DNA of 43,030 bases from Dehalococcoidia bacterium (GTDB taxonomy: Bacteria; Chloroflexota; Dehalococcoidia; GIF9; AB-539-J10), in assembly GCA_034414335.1 (NCBI GenBank), contig DAOUMB010000004.1:1-43030 (forward strand), written 5' to 3'. Below, piece by piece: positions 25,481-35,449 of the stretch. The position numbers were made by a program, and so were the translations under genes. Position 1 is the first letter of the stretch; each line of letters opens with the position of its first letter. The notes beneath the pieces were generated by a model. The model did not search any database. It saw only the letters and a program-made list of their open reading frames with translations, and was not told the DNA's origin.

Positions 25481-26328
25481 TGGCATTTAGTACAGAACCA
25501 ATACAATCCCTATATTTACCCAAACTAGCGGAACTTATAAAAGTGGAGCTTCTTTCCGACAGAGAAAAATTGTTCCAGTTTTGCCTTAAGGATGGCAGTA
25601 GATTAGACCATAAGCCTGGCCAGTTTGTTGAAGTATCTATCCTCGGCGTCGGTGAAGCACCGATCTCTATTTCTTCATCGCCTACTCGCGATGATTAGTT
25701 TGAGCTTGGCGTCAGGGAAGTAGGCAATGTGACTCAGGCTCTGCACCGACTCAAGCCCGGCGAAGTAGTAGGCATAAGAGGCCCTTTTGGCAATGGATTC
25801 CCTCTAACCCAACTACTAGGGAGAGACTTGCTTTTTGTGGCTGGCGGTATTGGGCTTTGTCCATTGCGCTCTATGGTTCAGTATGCCATGGATAAACATG
25901 ACCAATTTGGTAAAGTTAGCCTCCTATATGGCTGCCGCCAGCCAGCAGAGCAGCTCTTTCGTGAGGAACTCGCTGGATGGAGGCTGCGGCAAGATATTCA
26001 ACTTCTAGAGTCAGTAGATCGCTGCCCGTCGGATGTAGCATGGGAAGGAAGCGTCGGTGTAATTACCACTCTATTTTCCCAAGTTGAAGTTGACCCTGCC
26101 AAAACAACAGCCCTGATGGTTGGTCCCCCTGTAATGTATCGCTACGTGGTGGCTGAGTGCCTTAAGAAAGGGATAGCCAAAAACCAGATACTGCTGTCAC
26201 TGGAACGCCGAATGAAATGTGGCGTGGGCTTCTGCGGGCATTGTCAGATCAACAACGTACATGTCTGCCTGGACGGCCCCGTATTTAGCTATGAGAAACT
26301 TAGTAAGCTTAGGGAGACAGAGGTATGA
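25480..26328 (+). pseudogene. hydG: Group 3b [NiFe]-hydrogenase gamma subunit (FAD/NAD(P)-binding, 2Fe-2S), interrupted by an in-frame TAG at 25696-25698
   Basis: Track ORFs 25480..25698 and 25729..26328 are in the same frame and read through as ...GEAPISISSSPTRDD*FELGVREVGNVTQALHRLKPGEVVGIRGPFGNGF...CGVGFCGHCQ. This is a continuous AsrB/HydG-like sequence. The pseudogene label is provisional (see findings). Confidence 0.75.
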
Positions 26329-27065
26329 AGCCAGATATTGCTGTCTTTGATTTTACCTGCTGCGAAGGGTGTGAGCTTCAAATACTTAATTGTGAAGAAG
26401 AGATACCCGACTTGGTGGAAGCCATTAATATCGTGTCTTTCCGAGAGGCGATGACGGAGCGAAGTGACCACTACGATATTGCCTTTATTGATGGTGCCTG
26501 TTCCCGAGAATCAGAAATAGCCATGCTGAAGGAAATCAGGGAAAGGGCAAAGATGGTAATACCCATTGGTGCTTGTGCCTGTCTGGGTGGGGTCAACTGT
26601 CTCAAAAACTACTATTCCATGGACGAAGTGCTCAAGGCTGAGTATGGAGAGTCTGCCCACCACTACGATACCATCCCAGCTCGGCCAATAAGCGCAGTGA
26701 TACCAATTGACTTCTTTATCCCCGGCTGTCCTATTGTCAAAGAAGAATTCATACGCGTCGTTCAAGAAATCTTGGCTGGCAAAGTTCCTTATCAACCGAA
26801 TGACCCTGTCTGCGCTGAGTGTAAAATAGCTGGAAATGTTTGTATCTTTGATAAAGGCATGACCTGTCTCGGCCCGGTAACAAGAGGTGGTTGTAAGGCT
26901 ACCTGCGTCACTAGTGGAGCTATCTGCTGGGGTTGCCGTGGTCTTATTGACGAGCCCAACATAAATGCTGAAAAGGAGATATTAGAAAAAGCTGGCCTTT
27001 TGATAGAAGATATAGTCAAGCAATTCAATCTGTTTAATACTTGCCAAGAGAGTATGTGGAAGTGA
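26325..27065 (+). CDS. hydD: Group 3b [NiFe]-hydrogenase delta (small) subunit
   Basis: DFTCCEGCELQ at the N-terminus, GACACLGG, and distal Cys motifs. Its ATG overlaps the gamma subunit stop (ATGA). Confidence 0.85.
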   Translation: MKPDIAVFDFTCCEGCELQILNCEEEIPDLVEAINIVSFREAMTERSDHYDIAFIDGACSRESEIAMLKEIRERAKMVIPIGACACLGGVNCLKNYYSMDEVLKAEYGESAHHYDTIPARPISAVIPIDFFIPGCPIVKEEFIRVVQEILAGKVPYQPNDPVCAECKIAGNVCIFDKGMTCLGPVTRGGCKATCVTSGAICWGCRGLIDEPNINAEKEILEKAGLLIEDIVKQFNLFNTCQESMWK

Positions 27066-28330
27066 AAAAGATTGAAGTAAGGGTGAATCATTTAACCAGG
27101 GTAGAGGGTCATGGCAATATAGTAGTAAAGGCTTCCAATGGCAAAGTCGAAGAGTTGAGATGGGAGGTAGTTGAGTCCCCACGTTTCTTTGAGGTAATGC
27201 TTAAAGGTAGGCCATGGCACGACGCCCATGTTTTGGCTTCTCGAATCTGTGGTATCTGTTCAGTATCGCATCAGTTGGCATCGCTGGAAGCCACAGAGGC
27301 GGCATTTGGAATCCAGCCTTCGGAGCAGACTATACTACTCAGGAAACTTCTCTATTGTGGTGAGGTGATAGAAAGCCACACCCTTCACCTGTACTTCCTG
27401 ACACTCCCAGATTTCATAGGCGTGGGTAGCCTATTTCCACTAATTCAGTCGCATCACAAGGATATGGCATTAAGAGGCCTTCGCCTGAAGAAGTTGGGCA
27501 ATGATATCATGGAAGTTATCGGTGGTAGGGCAGTGCATCCTCAAGCAGCTACGGTTAACGGTTTTGGTCGGCTTCCAAGTAAGGAGAACCTGCTACTTTT
27601 GCAAACTAGGGCAAAAAACGCTTTTCCTGATCTAGAGGCTACAGTAGAACTCTTCAAGGGATTCAACTTACCCAATTTTTCCCGGGAGACAGAGTTTATT
27701 GCTCTTAAGCATCCTGAGGAATACGCCTTTATCCGTGGCAATATCTCCTCCACAGATACCGGAATAGCTGCCCTGGAGGAATACCTAGGAGTTACCAATG
27801 AGTACTGCGTACCCTATTCTACAGCAAAGTTTGCCAAACATGTGCGAGAATCTTACGCAGTCGGGGCATTAGCTAGGATAAACAATAACTATGAACAACT
27901 AAACCCATTGGCTATGAAGGCAGCCAATGAGCTAGGCCTAAAACCAATCTGTTACAACCCCTTCATGAATAATATTGCCCAGTTGGTGGAGACAATTCAC
28001 GAATTAGAAGAAGTTATGAGGCTTATCGATCAGTTGCTCCGAGTTGGTATTCAAGAGGAAAACATTGTTGTCCCAGTCAAAGCAGGACGGGGGATCGGAG
28101 CCGTGGAAGCCCCACGCGGTCTTCTTATTCATGACTATAGCTATGATGACAATGGCTATATCACTAAGGCAAACTGTGTTATTCCCTCTAATCAAAACCA
28201 CGCTAATATCCAGCATGACCTAGAGGCGTTAGCGCCTCATTACTTAAACAAGGGCGAGGATAAGCTTAGGCTACTTTGCGAGATGCTGGTTAGAGCCTAC
28301 GACCCCTGCATTAGCTGTTCTACTCACTAG
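27041..28330 (+). CDS. hydA: Group 3b [NiFe]-hydrogenase alpha (large, catalytic) subunit
   Basis: TRVEGHG, the N-terminal Ni-Fe ligand motif RICGICSVSH and the C-terminal DPCISCSTH. The true start is probably GTG 27062, which overlaps the delta subunit stop as GTGA. Confidence 0.9.
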   Translation: MPREYVEVKKIEVRVNHLTRVEGHGNIVVKASNGKVEELRWEVVESPRFFEVMLKGRPWHDAHVLASRICGICSVSHQLASLEATEAAFGIQPSEQTILLRKLLYCGEVIESHTLHLYFLTLPDFIGVGSLFPLIQSHHKDMALRGLRLKKLGNDIMEVIGGRAVHPQAATVNGFGRLPSKENLLLLQTRAKNAFPDLEATVELFKGFNLPNFSRETEFIALKHPEEYAFIRGNISSTDTGIAALEEYLGVTNEYCVPYSTAKFAKHVRESYAVGALARINNNYEQLNPLAMKAANELGLKPICYNPFMNNIAQLVETIHELEEVMRLIDQLLRVGIQEENIVVPVKAGRGIGAVEAPRGLLIHDYSYDDNGYITKANCVIPSNQNHANIQHDLEALAPHYLNKGEDKLRLLCEMLVRAYDPCISCSTH

Positions 28331-28854
28331 CTAGAGCAAGAACCAGAAATTGTGCCAGTACTCATTTTGGGAAGGGTCCCGTGCCTAAGTTAGCTGTACC
28401 GCTTTGATTACGATGGTTGGCCAATATACACAGCTGCTCACTCTAATGGCTACGCTCATACCGAGAACGGCAAGCCCCATCCTCCTAGATATCAACTGGT
28501 CGTTACTATATCCGGAATTCTTTCTCGGGTTTGAAATAGTAGGGCACTCAGCCATCGTTGGACTCGGCAACACAGATTTGAAAACATTGGACAGCGACCT
28601 TGTTGGAATCAAACAGTGAGGCAACGCGTAAGGCGCTGGCACATATTCACCCATTTTATTTACTTCATTGTCCTGATTTAACTGAGACAAGCGTCACAAT
28701 TCATCGTTTTGGTTAACTTGTTGCTCTATCACCCTATCAAATGAAAAGTGGTTAGGCCAAAAAGGGCTTCGTCTTAGGATCCAAGATGACTTTCCCGTTT
28801 GATATGGTTATACTTGAAATTAAGCGCATATGAAAATCTAATGGGGAGGTAAAA

Positions 28855-29061
28855 ATGCCTATTGTTCACGTGCACTTCTGGGAGGGCGTTGGAGAGGAAC
28901 AAGTTAAAACGATGATACGGGGTATAACAAAAGTTATCGTGGATTTGGGCGTTCCAGAAAATGCTGTAGAAGTGCTCGTCCATGGAATTCCCAAAACGCA
29001 CTGGGGCATTGCTGGTGAGCCAGCTTCAGAAAGGCTCAAAGACATATCACCACCAAAGTAG
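28855..29061 (+). CDS. 4-oxalocrotonate tautomerase-family protein
   Basis: Starts MPIVHVHF (catalytic Pro1 after Met removal) and is 68 aa. GGGGAGG ribosome-binding site. Confidence 0.7.
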   Translation: MPIVHVHFWEGVGEEQVKTMIRGITKVIVDLGVPENAVEVLVHGIPKTHWGIAGEPASERLKDISPPK

Positions 29062-29240
29062 CATCTGCTTTTTGTGCCTTTTCCTAAACAAAGGTTCACT
29101 TTTCAGTGCTACATTATATCCTTGCGTGAAGTACTTTCTGTGAAGGGCATGCAATCTGGCCTTCTATGTACGTTTAGCTCTTGCTGCCAATTCTAATCAT
29201 TGCCAGCAAAAGCAAATGCTATAATAGTCAGCAAGTAAGA

Positions 29241-30335
29241 ATGCGTCTTTTAGCTTTGGACATCGGCGGCCTGACCCAAGACATACTGCTTTTTGACACT
29301 TCTCAGGCCGTGGCGAATTGCGTCAAGATGGTAATGCCGTCACCTACCATAACATTAGCCAATAAAATTGTAGCAGCAACTAGGGCACGGCGGAGTCTCT
29401 TTTTCACCGGTGTAAATATGGGAGGTGGACCTTCGAAAAGGGCACTACTTAATCATCTCAAATCTGGACTTGTAGCTTGTGCGACTGCCGAAGCAGCAGC
29501 AACTTTTGATGATGATATCGACGAAGTGGCTAAATGGGGAGTGAGAATCATCAGAGAAGGAGAAATGTCTCAGAATAAGGACATAGAACGGATAGAGACG
29601 AGAGACCTTGACCTTACTGCCATAGAAAAAACACTGGCAGCTTTTGATGTTGACCAACATCTTGATGGCATAGCAATGGCAGTGCTGGACCATGGCGCAG
29701 CACCAGCGGGGGTTAGTGATCGCATATTTCGGTTTCAACATCTAGACCAAGTAATCAAGCTCCGACGGGAGCTAATTGCTTTTGCGTATCTCGACAACGA
29801 GATTCCATCATATCTCACCAGAATGAAAGCTGTAGTACAGAGCGTGAAGAAGCATATTCCCATACTGGTAATGGATACGCCCATCGCTGCTGTTCTCGGA
29901 TCACTCGAGGATAAAGAAGTAAAATGCCATGCGCACAAGGTAGTCGTCAACGTGGGTAACTTCCACACACTGGCATTCCACCTACAACATGATTCAGTTC
30001 TAGGATTTTTAGAACACCACACACATCATCTTACCAGGGACAAAGTGGAAGATTTAGTCGTCAAACTGGTTAAAGGTGAACTCTCCAATCAAGAAGTCTA
30101 CAATGATGGTGGACATGGCTGCCTCATACTGGAAAGTAGGAAAGATGTGCCTTTCGTCTCAGTAACCGGGCCTCAGAGGGCCTTGATATCCGGCTCAAAT
30201 CTCAATCCCTATTTTGCTGCGCCCTACGGAGACATGATGCTCACCGGGTGTTTTGGCTTGGTACGAGCTTTTGCTCAGCGCGTGGAAACGTGGGGCACAG
30301 AAATACAGACGACCCTTAATAAGAATCTTCCTTGA
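29241..30335 (+). CDS. Actin-fold (ASKHA-like) protein resembling the DUF1786 family
   Basis: MRLLALDIGGLTQDILLFD...MVMPSPT resembles the N-terminal phosphate-1 motif of DUF1786 proteins as I recall them. The start is moved to ATG 29241. Confidence 0.45.
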   Translation: MRLLALDIGGLTQDILLFDTSQAVANCVKMVMPSPTITLANKIVAATRARRSLFFTGVNMGGGPSKRALLNHLKSGLVACATAEAAATFDDDIDEVAKWGVRIIREGEMSQNKDIERIETRDLDLTAIEKTLAAFDVDQHLDGIAMAVLDHGAAPAGVSDRIFRFQHLDQVIKLRRELIAFAYLDNEIPSYLTRMKAVVQSVKKHIPILVMDTPIAAVLGSLEDKEVKCHAHKVVVNVGNFHTLAFHLQHDSVLGFLEHHTHHLTRDKVEDLVVKLVKGELSNQEVYNDGGHGCLILESRKDVPFVSVTGPQRALISGSNLNPYFAAPYGDMMLTGCFGLVRAFAQRVETWGTEIQTTLNKNLP

Positions 30336-30419
30336 TTACATTTACAGTCAAAAGTCGTCCCAGAACCTTTCTCGCAGTGGGAACATTCTGGCGTTCGGTA
30401 CAATCTGGAGGCGAAGAAG

Positions 30420-31052
30420 CTATGCTGCCCATCCTTTGATGATATCCTTCGAGGGTAGCACCAGACACATACGAAGCATTATTTTGAGCGCCATTTCGTG
30501 CGCTGTCCTATCGCTCGACGACACACAGTCTGATACGACGATAGTATAGAAACCGCGAATTGAAGCCTCACGGGCACTGTGCTCCACTCCATATTCGGTG
30601 GCGATGCCGGTAAAGAGGATAGTCTGCACGCCATGGAAACGCATCAATTGTTCAAAGTTAGTGCCGAAGAAAATGTTGGCTGTATGCTTGTTAAGAACTA
30701 TCTCACCCTCGTTGGGAGCGAGCGCCGTGCTAATTTCGGCTTCGGGACTATCTGGTTTCATGAAAACGGGGATTTTTGAGGGGTCGTCTACATTGAAACG
30801 CTTCATATTCTGGTAGATACTCCAGGCAGACTGGTAGCCGGTGGGCAAGGGTGTAATCTTGGTATAGATTACAGGAACTTTTTGACGGCGGGCAGCGGTA
30901 AGCAGCGTTTTCAGGTTGACTAGGTACTCCTCACGATTGAAGATGTTGTTGACCAGTGCGTTTTGGCAGTCCCAGAGGACCAAAAACGTATGTTCCGGAT
31001 CAGCAATTTCCTTCAGATTTTCGAAGATAATCAGCTTACCCATTGTCTTCAT
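30420..31052 (-). CDS. Isochorismatase-family cysteine hydrolase
   Basis: LVLWDCQN, VIYTK and FTGIATEYGVEHSAREA (catalytic Cys region replaced or variant). Overall length and pattern fit the family. Confidence 0.75.
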   Translation of the reverse strand: MKTMGKLIIFENLKEIADPEHTFLVLWDCQNALVNNIFNREEYLVNLKTLLTAARRQKVPVIYTKITPLPTGYQSAWSIYQNMKRFNVDDPSKIPVFMKPDSPEAEISTALAPNEGEIVLNKHTANIFFGTNFEQLMRFHGVQTILFTGIATEYGVEHSAREASIRGFYTIVVSDCVSSSDRTAHEMALKIMLRMCLVLPSKDIIKGWAA

Positions 31053-31315
31053 GGTTCCCTATCCTCCACTAGCTTGAGTCTATTTCTCTAGCGGCTCCAT
31101 TGTACTACCTTCCGGTATGGATTTAAAGCGGCGGAACCCGCTATTGCCTACCCGGCTATGAATTATCTTAGAATAAAGATATGCTCGCCAACACAGATCA
31201 TTAAGATTTCAGACATTTTGTTCAGTTTGTAGCAAGACGTCATTTCTGTAACTACGGAGTGCCTGCTATAATTATTACAGTATTATGGGAGCTTAATTTT
31301 GACGGGTGGATTACA

Positions 31316-32356
31316 ATGGACACACGAGACTTTGAAATCGCCTTTTTGGGCTCCTCTATCATCCCAGTTGACGAGAAACCGGCTCCACAGGCCGGAGGGG
31401 ACAGACATCTCCTCGATGTCTATTCGCAGACTATCGTTGATGTGGTCAAAGAGGTTGGCCCCTCCGTGGTTCATGTGCAAGTTCGGCAGGGAACCAATAG
31501 CCTTATGCAATCTCAACGCAAGGCTAAAGGGAGTGGTTCAGGACTGATTATTGCTCCCGATGGATACGTTGTCACCAATAGCCATGTGGTGGAGAATGCT
31601 GTCGCCATCCACGTATCCCTGGCCGATGGTTCTTCATTCCGAGCTGATCTGATAGGCCAAGATAAGGCAACTGACCTCGCCTTATTGAAGTTATCATCGG
31701 ATAGTAGCCTGCCTGCTGCCCATCTTGGAGACTCGGATGAGCTGCAAGTTGGACAGATTGCCGTCGCTATCGGCAATCCTTATGGATTTCAGAACACCGT
31801 TACAGCTGGTGTAATCAGCGCCTTAGGGCGATCACTGCGCAGTCGCACGGGAAGACTGATAGAAAACGTAATCCAGACCGATGCCGCTCTCAACCCAGGT
31901 AATAGTGGAGGACCGTTGGTTGATTCAAATGGCCGAGTAATTGGCATCAATACGGCCATTATCCAATACGCGCAGGGTATATGCTTCGCGATACCGGTAA
32001 ACACAATGCGCTGGGTTGTCACTCTTCTGCTGAGAGAGGGTAAGGTTACTCGAGGGTTCCTCGGCATCAGTGGTCAGACAGTACCTCTCCCTACTCGGGT
32101 TATCAGGTACTTTAGCTTACCTCAGGGGACTGGTGTCCATGTGATGAGTGTTGTAAAGAGGAGCCCGGCAGATAATGCTGGCTTGAAAGAGGGGGACGTA
32201 ATCCTCTCGCTTGGACAGGACCCGACAGCCAGCATAGACGATATTCATCGCTTACTCAGCAAGGGTGTTATCGGCAAAAGACTTGAACTCGTGTTGCTGA
32301 GAGAGTGGACGACAAAGCTCGTAATGTCGATAACGCCGACGGAGAGCTCGGACTAG
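31316..32356 (+). CDS. HtrA/DegP-family trypsin-like serine protease with one PDZ domain
   Basis: GSGLIIAPDGYVVTNSHVV (His), DLALLK (Asp), GNSGGPLVD (Ser), then the PDZ segment (GFLGISG...SPADNAGLKEGDVILSLG). The start is set at internal ATG 31316. No obvious signal peptide. Confidence 0.85.
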   Translation: MDTRDFEIAFLGSSIIPVDEKPAPQAGGDRHLLDVYSQTIVDVVKEVGPSVVHVQVRQGTNSLMQSQRKAKGSGSGLIIAPDGYVVTNSHVVENAVAIHVSLADGSSFRADLIGQDKATDLALLKLSSDSSLPAAHLGDSDELQVGQIAVAIGNPYGFQNTVTAGVISALGRSLRSRTGRLIENVIQTDAALNPGNSGGPLVDSNGRVIGINTAIIQYAQGICFAIPVNTMRWVVTLLLREGKVTRGFLGISGQTVPLPTRVIRYFSLPQGTGVHVMSVVKRSPADNAGLKEGDVILSLGQDPTASIDDIHRLLSKGVIGKRLELVLLREWTTKLVMSITPTESSD

Positions 32357-32492
32357 GGGCTCTGTGCCTTCTTGCGCACAGAAACGGGCGTTGCAAGCGT
32401 AGGTATAGCGCGCAGGGTTTAACATTCCTCGGAATTGTGCAGGCTATTCGCGAATAAGATTTGACTGCATCCTTATGTCCTTCTGGGAATAC

Positions 32493-33029
32493 TCAGACTT
32501 TCTGCGCCACGATGCTGGCAATAGCTTTCTTGCCTTCAATAATCCCTTCGCGATAGCGAAGCACACGGAAATCTTTGAACGTATGTAATAGTTCATTATG
32601 TCTGAGAAGGTGATCAGGATTCCGTGGTTTGCCGAACCGAACTTGATCGACAATGAAGGTCTCATAGAGCAGCATACCGCCAAGTTTTACCCAATTCTTC
32701 ATCTGGGGCATAAGAGACCGCTGGAGATAGTTGAAGCAGATGACGAGATCATAAGTATCTTCATCAATATATGGTATCTTTTCCAGGTCTTCCACTCTGG
32801 TTTGGATGGAGATACCTTCCTCCAGGGCTCGCGCCAAGGCCTCTCCTATGGCTTCACGAGAGGCATCTACACCTTCCACCTCAAATCCCATTTTGGCTAG
32901 ATAGATGGCATTTTGGCCGCTACCCATAGCAACGTCAAGTGCACGCCCACGTGGCAAGAGATCAGTGTTATCTACCAAAAATTGAGCGGGCTTGTGAAGT
33001 GTATCGTCGAAGTTAATTATTGTATCCAT
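32493..33029 (-). CDS. Class I SAM-dependent methyltransferase
   Basis: Motif I ALDVAMGSGQNAIYLA and post-I GFEVEGVDAS, followed by DLVICFNYL. Confidence 0.8.
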   Translation of the reverse strand: MDTIINFDDTLHKPAQFLVDNTDLLPRGRALDVAMGSGQNAIYLAKMGFEVEGVDASREAIGEALARALEEGISIQTRVEDLEKIPYIDEDTYDLVICFNYLQRSLMPQMKNWVKLGGMLLYETFIVDQVRFGKPRNPDHLLRHNELLHTFKDFRVLRYREGIIEGKKAIASIVAQKV

Positions 33030-33264
33030 AATTGGACCCCTTTCACATTATAGGGCAATTGACCATTGCACAAAAACTCATCCCTGAAAACGCTGACTTT
33101 GTCAAGTTTTAGCAGGTTGAAACCTATTCATCCTTTCGCAGCTTTACAGCTACACTATGTCGTTCAGGCTGAGGCTGCTCAAACAAATTGACGGCCTATT
33201 ATACACTGCCAGACGAATTACCGAGCTCACCTCGACCTAGCAGGTCTGCTATCCTCTCCATCTC

Positions 33265-34020
33265 TTAGTAGGTTCCGCCATCTCGAAGCATATGGTAGAT
33301 CCGCTCCAGGAGCTTCCTTGCTACGGCTACCTTAGCAATCTGGCCTCCCTTCTTCCTCTCGACCTTGAAGTAGAAACATCCGTAATACCCAGGCCTTTTT
33401 GCAGCGTGGACGGCTGCCTTTACTAGAGTATCCAGCGTGTAACCACCTGGAGCCCTGTTTGATATATGCCCGTGAAAACGTGTATTGCCTGAATAATACG
33501 TCGAAGACATAAGTCCTGCATAGGCATAGAGTTGCTTTGCCAACCGGAAGCGCCTGACATCTCCTATTTCACTTTTTGTCAGAAGCGCGCTGTGGTAGCC
33601 CATGCCAGGATGGTCATCAGCAATAGGGAGTTATGGTCCTGCTCTGCGAGTTGTTGCACCTTCTTGCTAGCTGCCCGGATCGCCTGTCGCACAGCATCCA
33701 GTACGGCAAATAGCCTTCCAAGGCAATCTTGTAGTTATCAGGTAGAGCCAGGGAGTGCAGGAAAACCATTCCCTGCTTGCCAAACAGATCGGCGTACGAG
33801 TGGTTTACATTGTTCTTAGCTAGGATCGTGTGAATCTTGTTCTTCACCCTGCTCTGTATCCTAGCCAGGCTTGCCCTGTATCGCAGAAGCTCTCTGTTTA
33901 ACCTCACTGGCCTTTCTGGCATGTAGGATAATGGGAGGAATTTATTATTCAGAAGATGTGTCAGCGTAGCTGAATCCACCTTCTCAGTTTTGACTTTAGC
34001 ATAAGCTATTAAGTGAGCTA
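33265..34020 (-). pseudogene. IS110-family transposase remnant (N-terminally truncated, frameshifted)
   Basis: Minus-strand fragments read AYAKVKTEKVDSATLTHLLNNKFLP..RELLRYRASL..KNKIHTIL, and after a frame change DHPGMGYHSALLTKSEIGDVRRF..YAGL..SG..HGHISNR..VAVARKLLERIYHMLRDG. These match the middle and the Transposase_20 C-terminal domain of IS110 enzymes. The DEDD N-terminal domain is missing. Confidence 0.8.
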
Positions 34021-34210
34021 ACTATTTTGTCTTGACGACATTTGAACCTGCTGATACTATGTACCCTAATTTATAAGATTAACGGAGGCGACGATTAGTA
34101 GCCGATGACAACTTATGTGCTATTTTGCTGCGTGAATCACGCCAATACCAGAAGGGCACAGATGCTTCTACAGAAACGAGACTACATTAGCTCGTGATTG
34201 GGGAGAGAGT

Positions 34211-35350
34211 ATGACCAAAAGAGTGACTATATTAGCCGTCTTGATATTTTTGTTATGTACCGTATGGAGTCCTGTGATTTACCAGGTAGCGGGGCAAGCA
34301 CAGGATCAGATCACTGTTTCTAATAGTACCGTCCAGGCAAATTATCCCAGCAGTCTTACTTTTTCCTGCTACGCCCAAAGTAATGCTGATATCACGGATA
34401 TCAGGTTGCAATATCAAGTTGAACAAATGAGCTTTGCCGAGGTAACCAGTGAAGCTAAAATATCCTTTAATCCATCTATGTCGGTGAATGCCTCTTATAC
34501 GCTTGATATGGAGCAATACGGTCAAATTCCTCCAGGAATTGATATTGATTACTGGTGGATAGCCAAAGATGCCGCTGGGGACAAACTGCAAACCGCGCCG
34601 AGTCATTACACTGTCGTCGATAGCAAGCATACATGGAACAACTTGACTCAAGGCAAGATTAACCTTTACTGGTATGGTCAAAACCAGTCATTTGGCCAAG
34701 CTGTAATGTCAGAAGCACAGACAGCACTATCAACACTAGCCAGCGATACCGGAGCGACACCGGATAAGACGGTTAACATCTCCATTTACACCAGTGTCGA
34801 TGATTATGCGGCATCGGTCCTGGGAGCAGAGGAATGGTCAGGGGGAGTAGAATTCCCTCAATATAACAGCATCTTATTGCTTATTCGTCCGAGTGTACTA
34901 AATTCAGATCTCTCAGGCGTAGCACATGAATTAACTCATGTAATTGTCTATCAGGTAACGTCTAACCCTTATAATTATATCCCCTTCTGGCTGAATGAAG
35001 GTCTGGCAATGCATGTTCAATTTCCACAGGGAGATTTACCATCCCAGTTTACGACAGCTTTGTCCAATGCAATCACCAGTAATAATTTTATCTCAGTTAG
35101 AAGTCTCAGCGACCCATTCTCAGCCTACCCGGATAAGGCTTATCTTTCTTATGCGGAGAGTGCCAGTATTGTCACTTATCTAATTGACCAGTACGGTCCC
35201 GCTAAAATGGAGCGCTTCCTGAATACTTTCAAACAGGGGTCCACTTATGATGGTGCCTTACAGGCAAATTATGGTTTCGATATGGATGGATTGTTCACTC
35301 TGTGGAAAGTCTGGGTTAATCAGGAGGATGGGAAACAACCAATTTATTAA
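34211..35350 (+). CDS. Secreted peptidase-MA-like zinc metalloprotease
   Basis: N-terminal signal/TM segment, HExxH (AHELTHVIV) and a downstream NEGLA motif. Confidence 0.6.
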   Translation: MTKRVTILAVLIFLLCTVWSPVIYQVAGQAQDQITVSNSTVQANYPSSLTFSCYAQSNADITDIRLQYQVEQMSFAEVTSEAKISFNPSMSVNASYTLDMEQYGQIPPGIDIDYWWIAKDAAGDKLQTAPSHYTVVDSKHTWNNLTQGKINLYWYGQNQSFGQAVMSEAQTALSTLASDTGATPDKTVNISIYTSVDDYAASVLGAEEWSGGVEFPQYNSILLLIRPSVLNSDLSGVAHELTHVIVYQVTSNPYNYIPFWLNEGLAMHVQFPQGDLPSQFTTALSNAITSNNFISVRSLSDPFSAYPDKAYLSYAESASIVTYLIDQYGPAKMERFLNTFKQGSTYDGALQANYGFDMDGLFTLWKVWVNQEDGKQPIY

Positions 35351-35449
35351 TCTCTAAAAGGAGTCTTTAGTGGGAAATTAATACAAGAGCCTATTGCACC
35401 GTCGTTAGGACAACGGGAAGTACATCAGATCGGAAAGGGAAGGTCTACT

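Noticed and set aside
25696-25698. Genome-wide reassignment of TAG (or of TGA at 41598) to a sense codon
   Set aside because: Both codons terminate several well-defined genes in this window at the expected protein ends: TAG for thpR, amrS, hydB and hydA, and TGA for comF, hpf, etfA, hydG and hydD.
28385-28690. Minus-strand 101-aa ORF downstream of the hydrogenase operon, considered as a possible maturation protease
   Set aside because: It has no protease or other motif and no usable ribosome-binding-site spacing, and a plus-strand ORF of similar size overlaps it. The region is treated as noncoding.
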